Below are positions 21,115 through 32,467 of a DNA stretch of 41,797 nt, one piece after another. How positions within the stretch are numbered: the first letter of the stretch is position 1; every line of letters begins with the position of its first letter. The position numbers and the translations under genes were made by a program. This DNA comes from Basidiobolus meristosporus CBS 931.73 (taxonomy: Eukaryota > Fungi > Basidiobolomycota). Location: NCBI GenBank assembly GCA_002104905.1, contig MCFE01000727.1, positions 1 to 41,797 of the forward strand, read 5' to 3'. The notes under the pieces were generated by a model that worked only from the letters and a program-made list of their open reading frames with translations, had not been told where the DNA came from and ran no database searches.

Positions 21115-21936
21115 ATGTCTCGCTTGCCCGCCGCCCTTAACCCTACCGAGGAAGATATCCAACTCCTCCTCTCTGCCCAAAGTCACATCGGTACCAAGAA
21201 CTGTGAGGTTGCCATGCAACCCTACGTTTGGAAGCGCCGTGCTGATGGCATCAACATCATCAACGTCGGTAAGACCTGGGAGAAGATCGTCTTAGCTGCT
21301 CGTATCATTGCTACCATCGAGAACCCCTCCGATGTTGTTGTCATCTCTGCTCGTCCCTACGGTCAACGTGCCGCCCACAAGTTTGCTTCCTACACTGGAT
21401 CCCAAGCTGTTGCTGGCCGTTTCACCCCTGGTACCTTCACCAATTACATCACCCGTGCCTTCAAGGAACCCCGTTTGATCATCGTTACCGATCCCCGTAC
21501 CGATCATCAGGCCATCACTGAGGCCTCCTATGTCAACATTCCCGTCATCGCTCTCTGCGACACTGATGCTCCATTGAAGAATGTTGACTGCGCCATCCCC
21601 GTCAACAACAAGGGTAAGCACTCCATTGGTTTGGTTTACTGGTTGTTGGCTCGTGAAGTCCTCCGTCTTCGTGGCACTCTTTCCCGCGATGCCGCTTGGG
21701 ACGTCATGGTTGATATGTTCTTCTACCGTGACCCCGAAGAGGCCGAGAAGGAGGCTGCTGAGGCCGCTGCCGCCGAGAAGGAAGGTAACTGGGAAGCTCC
21801 TGTTGAAGCCGACTGGGATGTTACCGCTGACTCTACCGCTGTTCCCGTTGCTGCTGCCACCGGTGATTGGGCTGCTGAGCCTTCTGACTGGGCTGCTGAT
21901 GCCACCGGTGCTGCCCAATCTTCCTGGGATGCTTAA
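21115..21936 (+). CDS. RPS0: 40S ribosomal protein S0 / uS2 (RPSA), 273 aa
   Basis: Contains [33 protein letters not shown] and [18 protein letters not shown], plus acidic DW repeats at the C-terminus and strong codon bias. Confidence 0.98.
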   Translation: MSRLPAALNPTEEDIQLLLSAQSHIGTKNCEVAMQPYVWKRRADGINIINVGKTWEKIVLAARIIATIENPSDVVVISARPYGQRAAHKFASYTGSQAVAGRFTPGTFTNYITRAFKEPRLIIVTDPRTDHQAITEASYVNIPVIALCDTDAPLKNVDCAIPVNNKGKHSIGLVYWLLAREVLRLRGTLSRDAAWDVMVDMFFYRDPEEAEKEAAEAAAAEKEGNWEAPVEADWDVTADSTAVPVAAATGDWAAEPSDWAADATGAAQSSWDA

Positions 21937-22090
21937 AGTACTTGATTTAGTATGATAAATTTGTTGAATAAACATCATTTATTGTGACATCATCAACATA
22001 TCTGAGTAACCAAGCAATCGTAGCAGCGAAAGCACATCAATACAACAAGTAAAACCAAGTAGTGTGTGGGCAGGATCGAGATAATTTATT

Positions 22091-22628
22091 TTACAAAGTA
22101 CTTCTCAAGACTAGATGGGTGAATTAGGTTAGAGTTCGGAGTATGGCTAGGACTGGGTGAAGTGCTTACCGAGAATAACAGAGTCTCCACGAAGGAACAT
22201 CTTGCTGATGAATCTATCCTTGTTGACGGGCTTGGCCTTCTTTTTACCTTTCCCGGTTCTTGGAGTTTCAGTCCACATCTAAACACATATGGAGAAGGGG
22301 CGGTTAGCTTTGAAGGATTCTAGTGAGCAGCGACGTCCGGTCCGGTAATTACTTCTTTGACGTTCTCAAGAACCATGTTGCAGTGACGATCGAACGCCTT
22401 AACGCGAGCCAGCAGCTTGCGGTTGTTGCGACAGTTGATCAAGATCTTGGTGTGGTTTTTGACGGCTTGCTGAAGAACAGAAAGTGGGCCGTTGTTAAAT
22501 TCCTCCTCCTCGAGTTTCTGCAACTCCTCTTCAGACATCTCTGACTTTGGCTTGGTGCTACATGAATAACGTTCAGTTTAACAGCTTGTCGCCCCGTTCC
22601 AAATTCTTCTGCTTGCAAAATACCTCAT
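22091..22628 (-). CDS. SMD2: Sm protein D2, 112 aa; exons 22628-22624, 22557-22353, 22278-22170, 22110-22091
   Basis: Contains [57 protein letters not shown]. The spliced length is 339 nt. Confidence 0.97.
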
Positions 22629-23026
22629 GATGAACTTTCGTTTCTGTAACTGTAGATCTAAATGCCAAGTCCACAAGGCTATGTTCTCCTGGTTTGAAAA
22701 ATCAGTTACGTGTGTAAAGCCCTCCCAACCGGCGCTCCAGAAATCACCCATCCCTATTGGTGGAGAGAGTTTTTTTTCTAATTACCATTGACACCCGATC
22801 CAGATCAAATTCGTCTGAAGCTCATGGCAACGATGTGGTGGTAATGAGGATTATTAGCTTATTCGCCAAAAACCCAAGGTATATGCAACTTTCCAAAAAC
22901 CCCAAATCCTAACATTACTACCCCAGATATCCCCCAATTCTAGTGGGATTCTGCCCACGAAAAGACCGTGGAGCGCGGTGGGATTTCTGCTTTCTATCTT
23001 CGACCAAGTTATATTCGTCAGGAAAA

Positions 23027-23345
23027 ATGGCATTTGCTTGGAGAGCTGCTAACGTTAGGTAGAGTGAAGCTCCGCTCGGCAGTTCATCGCTAATTCCTGG
23101 CTAATCGGGTTTCTATGTGACAGTTACCTTCAATATTCTCAAATCTGCGCTCGCGCTGTGCGCAATTCCTTGAAGAATGAACAGCGCCTTGTCGCTCAAA
23201 AGCGTGAAGAGCAAGGCCTCAAGTTTGCCAAATGGGCTAATGGAAAGCAAGGAGAATTGGTATGATGTAAATCGTATACTTTCTACAGTACGAATCTAAC
23301 CTCGTAACATAGAACCCTGTCGTTGCTGAGGTCAAAAGCGCTTAA
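23027..23345 (+). CDS. ATP15: Mitochondrial F1 ATP synthase epsilon subunit, 66 aa; exons 23027-23058, 23124-23259, 23313-23345 (missed by the ORF track)
   Basis: Spliced product MAFAWRAANVSYLQYSQICARAVRNSLK..FAKWANGKQGE matches the epsilon family signature. Confidence 0.93.
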
Positions 23346-23566
23346 ACACGCCTCAGACTGTCTCTAACAATAATTGCATTTCTAAACCTTTTCAAAATAA
23401 AAGCACTCTTTCACTCATGAAATGGAATCCTATGCGGCTTAGTTAGGGTCCCGTTGGTTGAGCAATTGTAGGTATAGAGCATGGCCATGGCTGGTTGAGA
23501 AACAACTGAATCGATGCAAGTGTAATCGGTGTGAACAATTACAAGATTTATTAAACAGGAAATCTT

Positions 23567-24174
23567 TTAGACAACGGTGCCAGAACTTGAAGCAATTCTG
23601 GGCCACAAGTCGGCACACTCCTTGCCAACTGGGCCAGTAATGGCAGAGCCCTTCATTTCACCCTTGGGGTTAACGATGACACCGGCATTATCTTCGAAGT
23701 AAAGGAAGACACCATCACGTCTGCGCCAAGCTTTACGCTGACGGATAACAACGGCGGGCATAACTTTCTTACGAAGATCGGGCTTTCCCTTTTTGACAGT
23801 AGCCATAACCATATCTCCAACACCAGCGGCAGGAAGACGGTTCAATCTACCCTTAATGCCAGTGACGGCAATAATGTAAAGATTCTTGGCTCCGGAGTTA
23901 TCGGCGCAGTTGATGACAGCACCAACTGGGAGACCGAGAGACATACGGAACTTGTTACCTGCAGCACCTCCGCGTCCTAGAAACAGTCAAAGATCAGTAA
24001 AGGAACGACCAAACGTATCCGTGTATCTCCAATGACCAGTACAATGCATCCATTGAATTGGGATATTCTCTTCCACTGCTTGACATGCAGAGTGAAAGCA
24101 GCGACCATTCGAGAGTAGCACTGGCCTTTAGGCTATAAGGAATAATGACAAATATACATACCACGCTTAGACAT
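23567..24174 (-). CDS. RPL23: 60S ribosomal protein L23 / uL14, 140 aa; exons 24174-24162, 23976-23567
   Basis: [49 protein letters not shown]. Confidence 0.98.
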
Positions 24175-24499
24175 TGTGATACGGAAAGTAGTGGAAAAAG
24201 AAGGAACCTTGGCGAAATGGACTCGTTTTGTCTTCTATCGATGGTCCGCGCTCGCCCTATTCCCGAGTGCGAAATTGGTGGATTTTTTTTGCATGATCTA
24301 GATTCCCTCCGCTAATGTGGTCTGCCTAATCATTCGTAAATCACCAATGATTTCCAGTGAATTATGGTTTGGGTTCGCCCTAAATATGGATCGTAAATGG
24401 CAAGATTCATAGACAGCATGTACGAATCTTACGCATACCGGTGGGATGCTTTAAAATGGTTCTACAGTTGGTTGTCTGCCATTTAGAGTGTCCGCCATC

Positions 24500-25317
24500 A
24501 TGATAAAATCAGTCCTTATTTTCAATAACCACGGGAAACCGCGTCTCATGAAGTTTTATCAGCAGATTGTACTCCCTCTTCCTTTGTTCTTGTGCACGTT
24601 CTCGGGTGGCTAAAGTCTTGGTTCTAGGACGTCGCAGTGCAGCAACAAATCCTGAAAGAAATCTATTCCCTGGTATCCCAACGTTCGGATACGGTGTGCA
24701 ATTTCCTGGAAGGAAGCACCATCTTGGGCGGGCCTGACACTCGCATTATCTATCGTCATTATGCCACACTTTATTTTGTGTTTGTGGTGGATTCTTCTGA
24801 GAGCGAGCTTGGAATTCTGGATCTAATTCAAGTATGAATATCGCGGTCTGTTTCGGAATATGGAATGGTAGATACTGAAAAAGCCTCAGGTATTTGTAGA
24901 AAGCCTAGACCGTTGTTTTGAGAACGTCTGTGAATTGGATCTGGTAAGACTATTGCCTACGTTCATAGACATGGTCCGTATTGGATTAACGCGGGGTTTC
25001 TCTCTAGATATTTCACTTTGACGAGGTCTTTGTATTGCGCCTTATGATCACATTGAACCCCGACTAACACCCAGGAAACTCTGCTTGGACACACAGGTGC
25101 AATATATTCTTTCCCAAGTGATCTCCGGTGGCATGGTAAGCGATCTTGTTCACCCGTAGACCCCTTCGTGCAGAACACTATTAAAGTATTCGTTTAGGTG
25201 GTGGAGACTAATGTCAACGAGATCTCCCATGTTATCCAAGAGTCGAGCAAACTCAAGAGAAGCGGCAATTTAGCCATGCCTTCGTTGAAGCTGGATCCTA
25301 GAAGAAACTTTATGTAG
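24500..25317 (+). CDS. APS3: AP-3 adaptor complex sigma subunit, 167 aa; exons 24500-24568, 24628-24831, 24890-24943, 25008-25025, 25097-25135, 25198-25317
   Basis: MIKSVLIFNNHGKPRLMKFY, CNFLEG, IYRHYATLYFVFVVDSSESELGILDLIQVFVESLDRCFENVCELDLIFHFD. Confidence 0.95.
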
Positions 25318-25744
25318 GAACGAAGAGACGGCCACAACCTCGCTACTTCCGGATCATCAGTAACTGCATGTATTCTAACCTATGCATCTCACCTCTTTAT
25401 GCTCATTCCAACTCGAACCATTCCATATGTAAATGTCTATTGTGGCTTGTAATCTTAAAAATGCCTATTTATGAGTAAATGAATGCTTTTATATCATGGA
25501 AATCAAGCTAATGATCGCATTAGGGGAGGCCTCCGGAATTTGGTCGCCGGATCACATGACCAGGTATCAATTTCCTGGTGCTAACAGATGTTGGTTAGTG
25601 AATGAAGATGCCGATTGCGTCATGGAAATTTACGTCCTCCCACCACTGAAAGAAAATACAAGATTGCTTGGATAACTACTCAACAGACAGCAGCTGGCAC
25701 ATACTTCCCAAAAACCCCTAATACATAAATTCTACTACTTTGAA

Positions 25745-26880
25745 ATGCTGGCAAACACTATCGCCGATAAAGTCATCGTTCACCCCCTGGTACTCCTCTC
25801 GGTCGTCGATCACTACAATAGAGTAGCTCGAAACACCAAAAAGCGTGTGGTTGGTGTGTTGCTTGGCCAGAAAATTGGTAACAGCGTTAACGTTGCCAAC
25901 AGTTTCGCCGGTTAGTTGATAGGCTGAATTTGACTTCTCCTCTCGAAGATGAAGACTAATGTTTCCTTTTTCTTCATACTCCTTTAGTCCCATTCGAAGA
26001 AGATGAGAAGGATCCTTCTGTTTGGTTTTTGGACCACGATTATGTGGAATCTATGTTGAATATGTTTAAGAAAGTGAATGGTAGAGTCACTGATACTACC
26101 TTCATTTGTGTTTCCATTGCTAACCTGAGCTTTAGCCAAGGAGAAGATGATCGGCTGGTATCACAGTGGACCTAAGCTGCGTTCTGCTGACTTACAAGTT
26201 AACGAGCTCTTCAAGCGGTATACACCTAACCCAGTTCTCGTGATTGTGGATGTCAAGCCTAAAGATATCGGAATCCCTACCGATGCTTATTTTGCCATTG
26301 AGGAGATCCACGATGTAAGTCCGCTCGTATTTCAGAGCACTTAGAAAATGTGTTAACTTACTCGGTGTATTCTTGATAGGATGGTACTGCTACCACCAAG
26401 ACATTCATGCATGTTCCTTCTGAGATTGAGGCTGAGGAGGCCGAGGAAATTGGCGTCGAACACTTGCTACGCGACGTCAAGGACAATGCGGTTGGTACTT
26501 TGTCCACTCGTGTTACCAACCAGCTTCAATCCCTCAAAGGATTGGGATCTCGACTCAGCGAAATCAGCGAATACTTGCAAAAGGTGGTTGCTAAAGAGCT
26601 TCCCGTGAACCATCAAATCATTCACAACCTTCAAGACATTTTCAACCTTTTGCCAAATTTGAATGTCAGCGATACCTCCAAGGCCTTCTCGGTGAAAACC
26701 AATGACCAAATGCTTGTCATCTATCTTTCCTCTCTCATTCGTGCAGTCATTGCTCTACACAATCTAATCAATAACAAAGTGTCCAACCGCGAGTCTGAAA
26801 GAGATTCCGACAAGATCGATGCCGTGGAAGAGAAGGATAAGAATGGGGATGTAGCGCTTGCCGCCACCGTAGCAAACTAG
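25745..26880 (+). CDS. RPN8: 26S proteasome lid subunit Rpn8/PSMD7 (MPN domain), 312 aa; exons 25745-25910, 25988-26080, 26136-26314, 26380-26880
   Basis: [63 protein letters not shown]. Confidence 0.97.
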
Positions 26881-27229
26881 AGTATGGGTAGTAAGACTTG
26901 ACTTGCAGCGAGAGTCGGTGCCTTTTTAGTCATCCCACCCCGTTCTCAAACTGGTTGCGGTTCCATTTTCCATAATCTCCCTTTAACTTTTTTGTCCGGC
27001 TCGCGTATTCCCGCTTTGTAAACTGTATTTTTATAAAGCCAAAAGATTCAAGGTTTTCTGTGGGTATTCACTCACTTTTTACTGATATGATCCGTACTAG
27101 ATTCTTGTGATCATTCATCACAGCGGAATGCTTCGAATCAGGAGTACAGAAGTGTCAGACCACATGGCAAGACTTCTGTTGATGCGGTTGCTTTATTTCC
27201 TATAGCGCTTGTAGATAGTGAATGAAGTG

Positions 27230-28580
27230 TCATTTCGAATTAGTTTCAACAAGCTTAGATGTCGGGGGAGGAGCAGAAGTTCTCCTCATAACATATAGTA
27301 GGACCTGGTATCCGATGGTAACTTCAATTTGCTTTTCTAGCTCGAACATCGGAGTACACCATGGCATATCTAACACTCTCTTGAAGAGGTTGCGTTCTCC
27401 AGTGATAAGAATAACTCTTCCTGTATTCGGCTTCAAGACGCGGCCAATCTCCTTCATCATCTTAGGGTAGAGCTTGCAGTTACTTTGGAACGATCCTATT
27501 TTCTAAAATTAGGGAAGTCTACCACCTGAAGGCTATGCAAGTCTTACCCTCTCTTCTGCCCCAAGGAAGATCTGGTGTATCCAAGCGAAACATCTAGATC
27601 GTTAATATATTTCCGAATGTTGCACCGATAGTGGCGTTCTTACCGCTAACCACAGTGTCGACCACGCCGTTTCTAAATGGTAACTTCTTGGCACTCCACA
27701 AGCACAAATCCACCCGGTTTCGCTTTATGGTATGCAAAATATTGGCTGCACCTCGAGTGTAGATCGCATCCTCATCGACGTCTCCACCTAAGAACAATGC
27801 ATATGGGTGCGATAGTGCACCCTCGATTGGGATGGTCCCCACTCCACAGCAAGTATCTATGACCAATTGGCCTGGGGATATGTTTGCCAACCGAGTCATA
27901 CAATAGGCAATTGCAGGTCTAAGGGCGGTACGGCCAAGCTCTGTTCGATTTCGCATATTTAGTGGACCAGATTCGATGGTTGAGGTCCTAGGAAGGGCGA
28001 AAGCTATGTGAAGTCGACAAGGGGATTCGGGGGTTTGGGCAGGAAGGAGGTTTGCTATCACCTCCAAGTCGTAGTGACAGAGATCGACGGTCCAATCTGG
28101 GAATAGGTTCAAGAGGGAAGTGCCAATGGCTCCAGCTAGTTCGCAGGAGGAGAGGTTTTTGTATTTGAAGCCATTTTTATCGAAGGTGACTCTAAACTTC
28201 ACGTTTTCTTCGTGTAACTCCGTGTATCTGAGCGTCTTCCAGTATTGAAAAGTCTCCCTCCAGCACCAGTCTTCCGAGTTGTGAGTTAAATCATATAAAA
28301 CTTTTTCCACCTCTAACTTCTCCAGCGTGGTGTCGACAAAGAATTCCTTGCTTAACTCGCTGGAGCCAGCAGAAAGACCGATACTTTCGACACTGAGTAT
28401 CTCTGTGAAAAGGCTTGGAACGAGCTTGATTAATCTCTGCTCGCTGGCCGGTTTCAAATGAAGGAAACCACTTGCTTCCTGGTAGTCCACGTCCAAATCG
28501 GGTAATTTCTCCCGCACTTCATCAACAGCAATAGTCTCTAGACCTTTTGGTACTATACATGCGATCTCTGGTATACTCAT
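27230..28580 (-). CDS. THUMP-domain SAM-dependent RNA (m2G) methyltransferase, THUMPD3/Trm14-like, 408 aa; exons 28580-27644, 27571-27548, 27495-27230
   Basis: Contains VPKGLETIA, FRVTF..ELAGAIG..W.VDL..YDLEV (THUMP), TALRPAIAY, IDTCCGVGTIPIEG, GGD, and VDTVVSDLPWGRR after splicing. Confidence 0.88.
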
Positions 28581-28745
28581 CGTTCACAAAAGTCAACCTC
28601 AACCCCATGACATTTCCTTCTTGCTTGGCAGCTCACTACACATCATTGAAAAGATTTGATGGAAAAAAATTGAATTACCCAATTGTATAACGATGATGAT
28701 TTATTTCTAGTACAATATAACCATCATCACAAAGTAGTCTATATG

Positions 28746-28765
28746 TATATATATATATATATATA
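28746..28765. repeat. (TA)10 microsatellite
   Basis: Direct reading. Confidence 0.9.
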
Positions 28766-28814
28766 ATGTATAGTTCAAATCGAAATCACCTATGAAATCT
28801 TCGCATGGTCCAAG

Positions 28815-29081
28815 TTAGACACCACATCCCTCAGAGGACTTCCCTATGATAGAAGTGATTTCATGGAGGATCCCGAGCTTTTGCCCACATGGGTGATCCG
28901 GGCTAGTTGAGGATACCTCCTTGATGTCACTCAGCTGACTAACGGTTGAACGAAGTCTACTGGAGGCTTGAGACTCTTCTTCCTCAGGATCGTCATCTTC
29001 GTTGGGGCCGATATTTCTCAGAAAGCCCCCTTGCACAAAGCTTGAGAAGACCAACGAAGCCAAGAGGATTTGATATTTCAT
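28815..29081 (-). CDS. Putative small secreted protein, 88 aa, acidic patch, two Cys
   Basis: ATG at 29081 gives the signal-like MKYQILLASLVFSSFVQG followed by NEDDDPEEEESQ. No family recognised. Confidence 0.5.
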   Translation of the reverse strand: MKYQILLASLVFSSFVQGGFLRNIGPNEDDDPEEEESQASSRLRSTVSQLSDIKEVSSTSPDHPCGQKLGILHEITSIIGKSSEGCGV

Positions 29082-29809
29082 TTGATTTCTCACGGTTGAG
29101 TAACAACACAAGAAGCAGGTATAGGTAGTTGAATGGAATAAGGGAATCCGACTGTAAAGCTCACGCCCAGCACGGTATTTATTCATTTTGCTGAGGTAGG
29201 GCCAACAACTTCGTGACAGTGTAAACATCTGGCGGCATATGATCGCAGTGTTAAATCGCTCTCGGAGCACTGGGAGATCAGCAGAAATCCAATCGTCTAT
29301 TCTCCTTTGTTGACACGTAGCCTCTAATCCTCTCGACTGGAGTTCTATTTGATTCCAAGTGGAGGAGATTTATCTGGATCAAGGTGGCAGAGGTGTAGGT
29401 GCAAAAACGGTCCACACATGCGACGATGTCATGATACCCCGCGCGTTGAGCGCCGGCAAAATAATACCTATCACTAAGGTGGGGGTTTCAACCCCGTATC
29501 TTTATATTAGCAAGGGGTTTCTAAAGCTTTCTGTGATCATATGAATATTATCTGCTCGCATTCTAGCAGATTGGGAATGTCTCGGAACGTTTGGAAAGCG
29601 AATATCATAGATGCCAAGATTGATAGCAAAAATTGTATGAAGCATGGCCAGGTTGCTCAGGCCGAAGCCCTGGTAAAAATCAGTGCCGATGGGTGGGGTG
29701 AGTAGAATAACAGGAGTAGCTAGGCTGCAATAAAGTCAAGGAAAGCAACGGAAAAGGTGTATTAAGCATTAATAAATAATAGAACACGGTGGTCGGTATA
29801 GTGGGGCAT

Positions 29810-30668
29810 TCAAAACGTTGACCAAGACCAGTCACGGGGGACGGAGGGTATTGGCTGAATGAATGGGTCGGTCGCTATTTCCAACCATGTCAGAATGCAT
29901 ACAATATGGTCATGGTAGAAACCACTTACGCCTGGTGAGGTTGTTGATATCTATTCGGCTGGTATTGGCAGATGATGCAGCGTGGGTTGGAGATTCTAAT
30001 AGCAAATATGACAGGCTTATCAACATCCATCGACTGTGTCGAGGTATCATCAGTATTTACCGCTTTGTGCTTCTATCGCTTCTTGCTGGAGTGAAGGCCG
30101 CTTGAGATTTACGCTAGCCTCGTAACAGTGATCGCATGCTCGACAGAGGGTACCACTTGGATTAAATTCTGCATTCTGGTCGAGACGAATAAATTTTGAA
30201 GAGCATTTCGCGCAAAAGATGTTGCCACATCTGAATATATAGTAGTGAAGTGAGCAATAAGCCATTGAAAGCAGCCAAAATAAAGGAATTACCTTCGACA
30301 GTGGTGTCTGCGTTCAAAAAAGCTGAATTGCATTTTGCAAGAGGTACAAAAAATCACATCGTCATCCGACTAAATCAAGTTGCAAAGTCAGCATCAGAAA
30401 ATCAAAGCCTTTGGGTGCACATAATGATTACCTTCCAATGTCCTCGAGTAGGCGGGCCAGTAGCTGTTAATTTTGCTGCTTGAGCGGAAGTGTACGCAGC
30501 TTTTTTTATTTGCCTTTGAAAAGAAGGATTCATTGCGGTGCGAATCTGCGGAGGGAGAGAAGATGGAGGTGGTAGGGCTTGAGACACGCTCGAAGGTGGA
30601 GTGGAAGGTGCTGAGCCCATTGTGGGATTAGTAGGACGTTTCTTTCTAGTCAGAGCGTACACATCCAT
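29810..30668 (-). CDS. FYVE zinc-finger protein, ~204 aa; exons 30668-30432, 30369-30293, 30230-30061, 29995-29930, 29874-29810
   Basis: Spliced HWKSDDD..CTSC..FSFFERRHHCRRCGNIFCAKC..CRACDHC, ending in SVPRDWSWSTF. The five exons total 615 nt in frame. The start may be the second Met (MGSAP). Confidence 0.88.
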
Positions 30669-30943
30669 AATCTTTAAAATAAAAAGTCAAACACAAACAG
30701 ACTAGGGTGGAAGGGACTTGGGATTTTGGTTGGATTCTAAATTACAATTATCCCCAAGGGTGCGAAAATAATTGACTGTACGCGCAGAAACCTAGGATGA
30801 ATACCCGATTGCAAACAATAGGCAATCAGGGTTCAGAAAATTCTATTGTGCTACGTTGACAAACTCCATTTTGTGCATTCTTTTTCGGGGCAAATCAACC
30901 TTTCATTGGATACCAGACGAGTTCTCACCGAACACCGCTGAAT

Positions 30944-30957
30944 CCCCCCCCCCCCCC
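30944..30957. repeat. C14 homopolymer (G14 on the minus strand)
   Basis: Direct reading. Confidence 0.9.
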
Positions 30958-31335
30958 GCAAAAAGGAATTTCTAACCACACGCTCCAAACTCACCAATAT
31001 AGTTTCCAAAAACTCAGCAACAGAGAAATGAAGATTTATGGATAGCTACATCGATCACCAAGCAACAATGTAGAATGGCACTGCTCTTGCTCTGCCACGG
31101 AGCCATATCGTTATATTTTCTGTGGACGGAACTCTCCACAGGTGACTCATCCACCATCCCAGTCTCCAGCATGCTCTCAGCGGCCAGTGGATTGAGGCGA
31201 GATATGGCGATTGGGCACACTTCTACTGCGGGGTCTCAGCATTTAGACCTTTCCAAGCACATCTTTCCACATCTGGTTTCGTTGAGGCAATAGGCACTAT
31301 GAAAGTAAACGAGCAAGAGCTGCCAATGGTATTGC

Positions 31336-31359
31336 CATCAGCATCAGCATCAGCATCAG
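31336..31359. repeat. (CATCAG)4 microsatellite
   Basis: Direct reading. Confidence 0.9.
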
Positions 31360-32467
31360 GGCCGCTCCAATGTGGTCGCTGATACACATCCAATCGTGCA
31401 GATCCTGGGGGACAGTGAGGCCAGTTAGGATGATTTAGCCCTAATTGCACCGACTCGAAAGCAGTCATTAACACTCAATGCCAGCATGAAATATCAATTT
31501 CTACCGGCCAGGACCAATGGTTTTTTCAAGCACATCGTATTAGTTGATCATCAAATATGCCCCCAAGCGCCCATCATCTGTATAAAACCAATTGTGAGAA
31601 GGCTATTGGATCGTTGCATCGTCGGAATAGCAAATGAACGTGAATAACTGCATTTCCTCGGAAGATATGCAGTTACACTCGTCTCGAAGGCGTTTCATTG
31701 CTAGTCATCCTTAGCAATGCTTCCGTCCTCGGCTAAAGATCCAGGTTATGCATACCTGCAATTCCCCAACCTGCTTGCGAATTCTATTGCAATCTTATTT
31801 ATACGCGCGTTACCATGCGGCCTTTCGAACTCTCACCTGAAGGATGGAAAGCCCGAAGCTAGAGACATGAATGAGCTATGCACTCCTTCTGTGGCACCTA
31901 TGCACAACAACCAAAAGAATGTGTACAATGGATACCGGTATCATTGAACTGTTGGTTATTGATTGGCTTGATACACCATCCCTTCTAATTCGTGGCTCAA
32001 TGAACATCAAATATTCTTTGGTTCTGCTCAGATCTAGGTGTTTGTGTGGTCACGCCATCATCCGTTTCCACCCAGCCACTCACATGAAATTGCACTTCCT
32101 CCTACAGCAGGATTTCCATCACTTGGCTTTCTGTTTCCTGCCCACCTTTCGCAATATTAAATGATTTCCCACGTGGTTCCTTCTGGTTAGAAAGCATGCC
32201 GCCTTTTGATTGATTAGAGTAATGCGTAAAATATAAATATATCACATCAAGTTGATTAAGTCACCTCTTGTTAATCGACTTATTTTTAGCATATATGCTG
32301 GTAGCACACATGTGTTCATTAATAAGCAGTGAGGGGACACTTCCCCAGGAATCCCACTTGCCCGGCAAGTTTCCTCATACTATTGCTGCGAGCACACATA
32401 TGCATTTGTGAACGCACACCTTTAAAACTAACCACCAGCACTCTCAATCACGACTCTCAACACTCAT

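Noticed and set aside
21292-21978. 228-aa antisense ORF and the +1 frame ORF 21581-21955 over RPS0
   Set aside because: Shadow of strong codon bias in a highly expressed gene (few TTA/CTA/TCA codons).
29082-29270. N-terminal extension of the 151-aa ORF 28815-29270
   Set aside because: The start is non-ATG, and the signal-peptide-like sequence begins at the ATG at 29081.
29359-29700. Plus-strand pieces with splice-like sites (EEIYLDQGGRGVGAK.., MSRNVWKANII..)
   Set aside because: No start-to-stop model could be joined in frame, and the GNAT-like GRGVG word is too weak on its own.
31014-31474. Minus-strand ORFs including a DADADAD run
   Set aside because: The run is the CATCAG microsatellite; the ORFs are short, have non-ATG or weak starts and show no recognisable domain.
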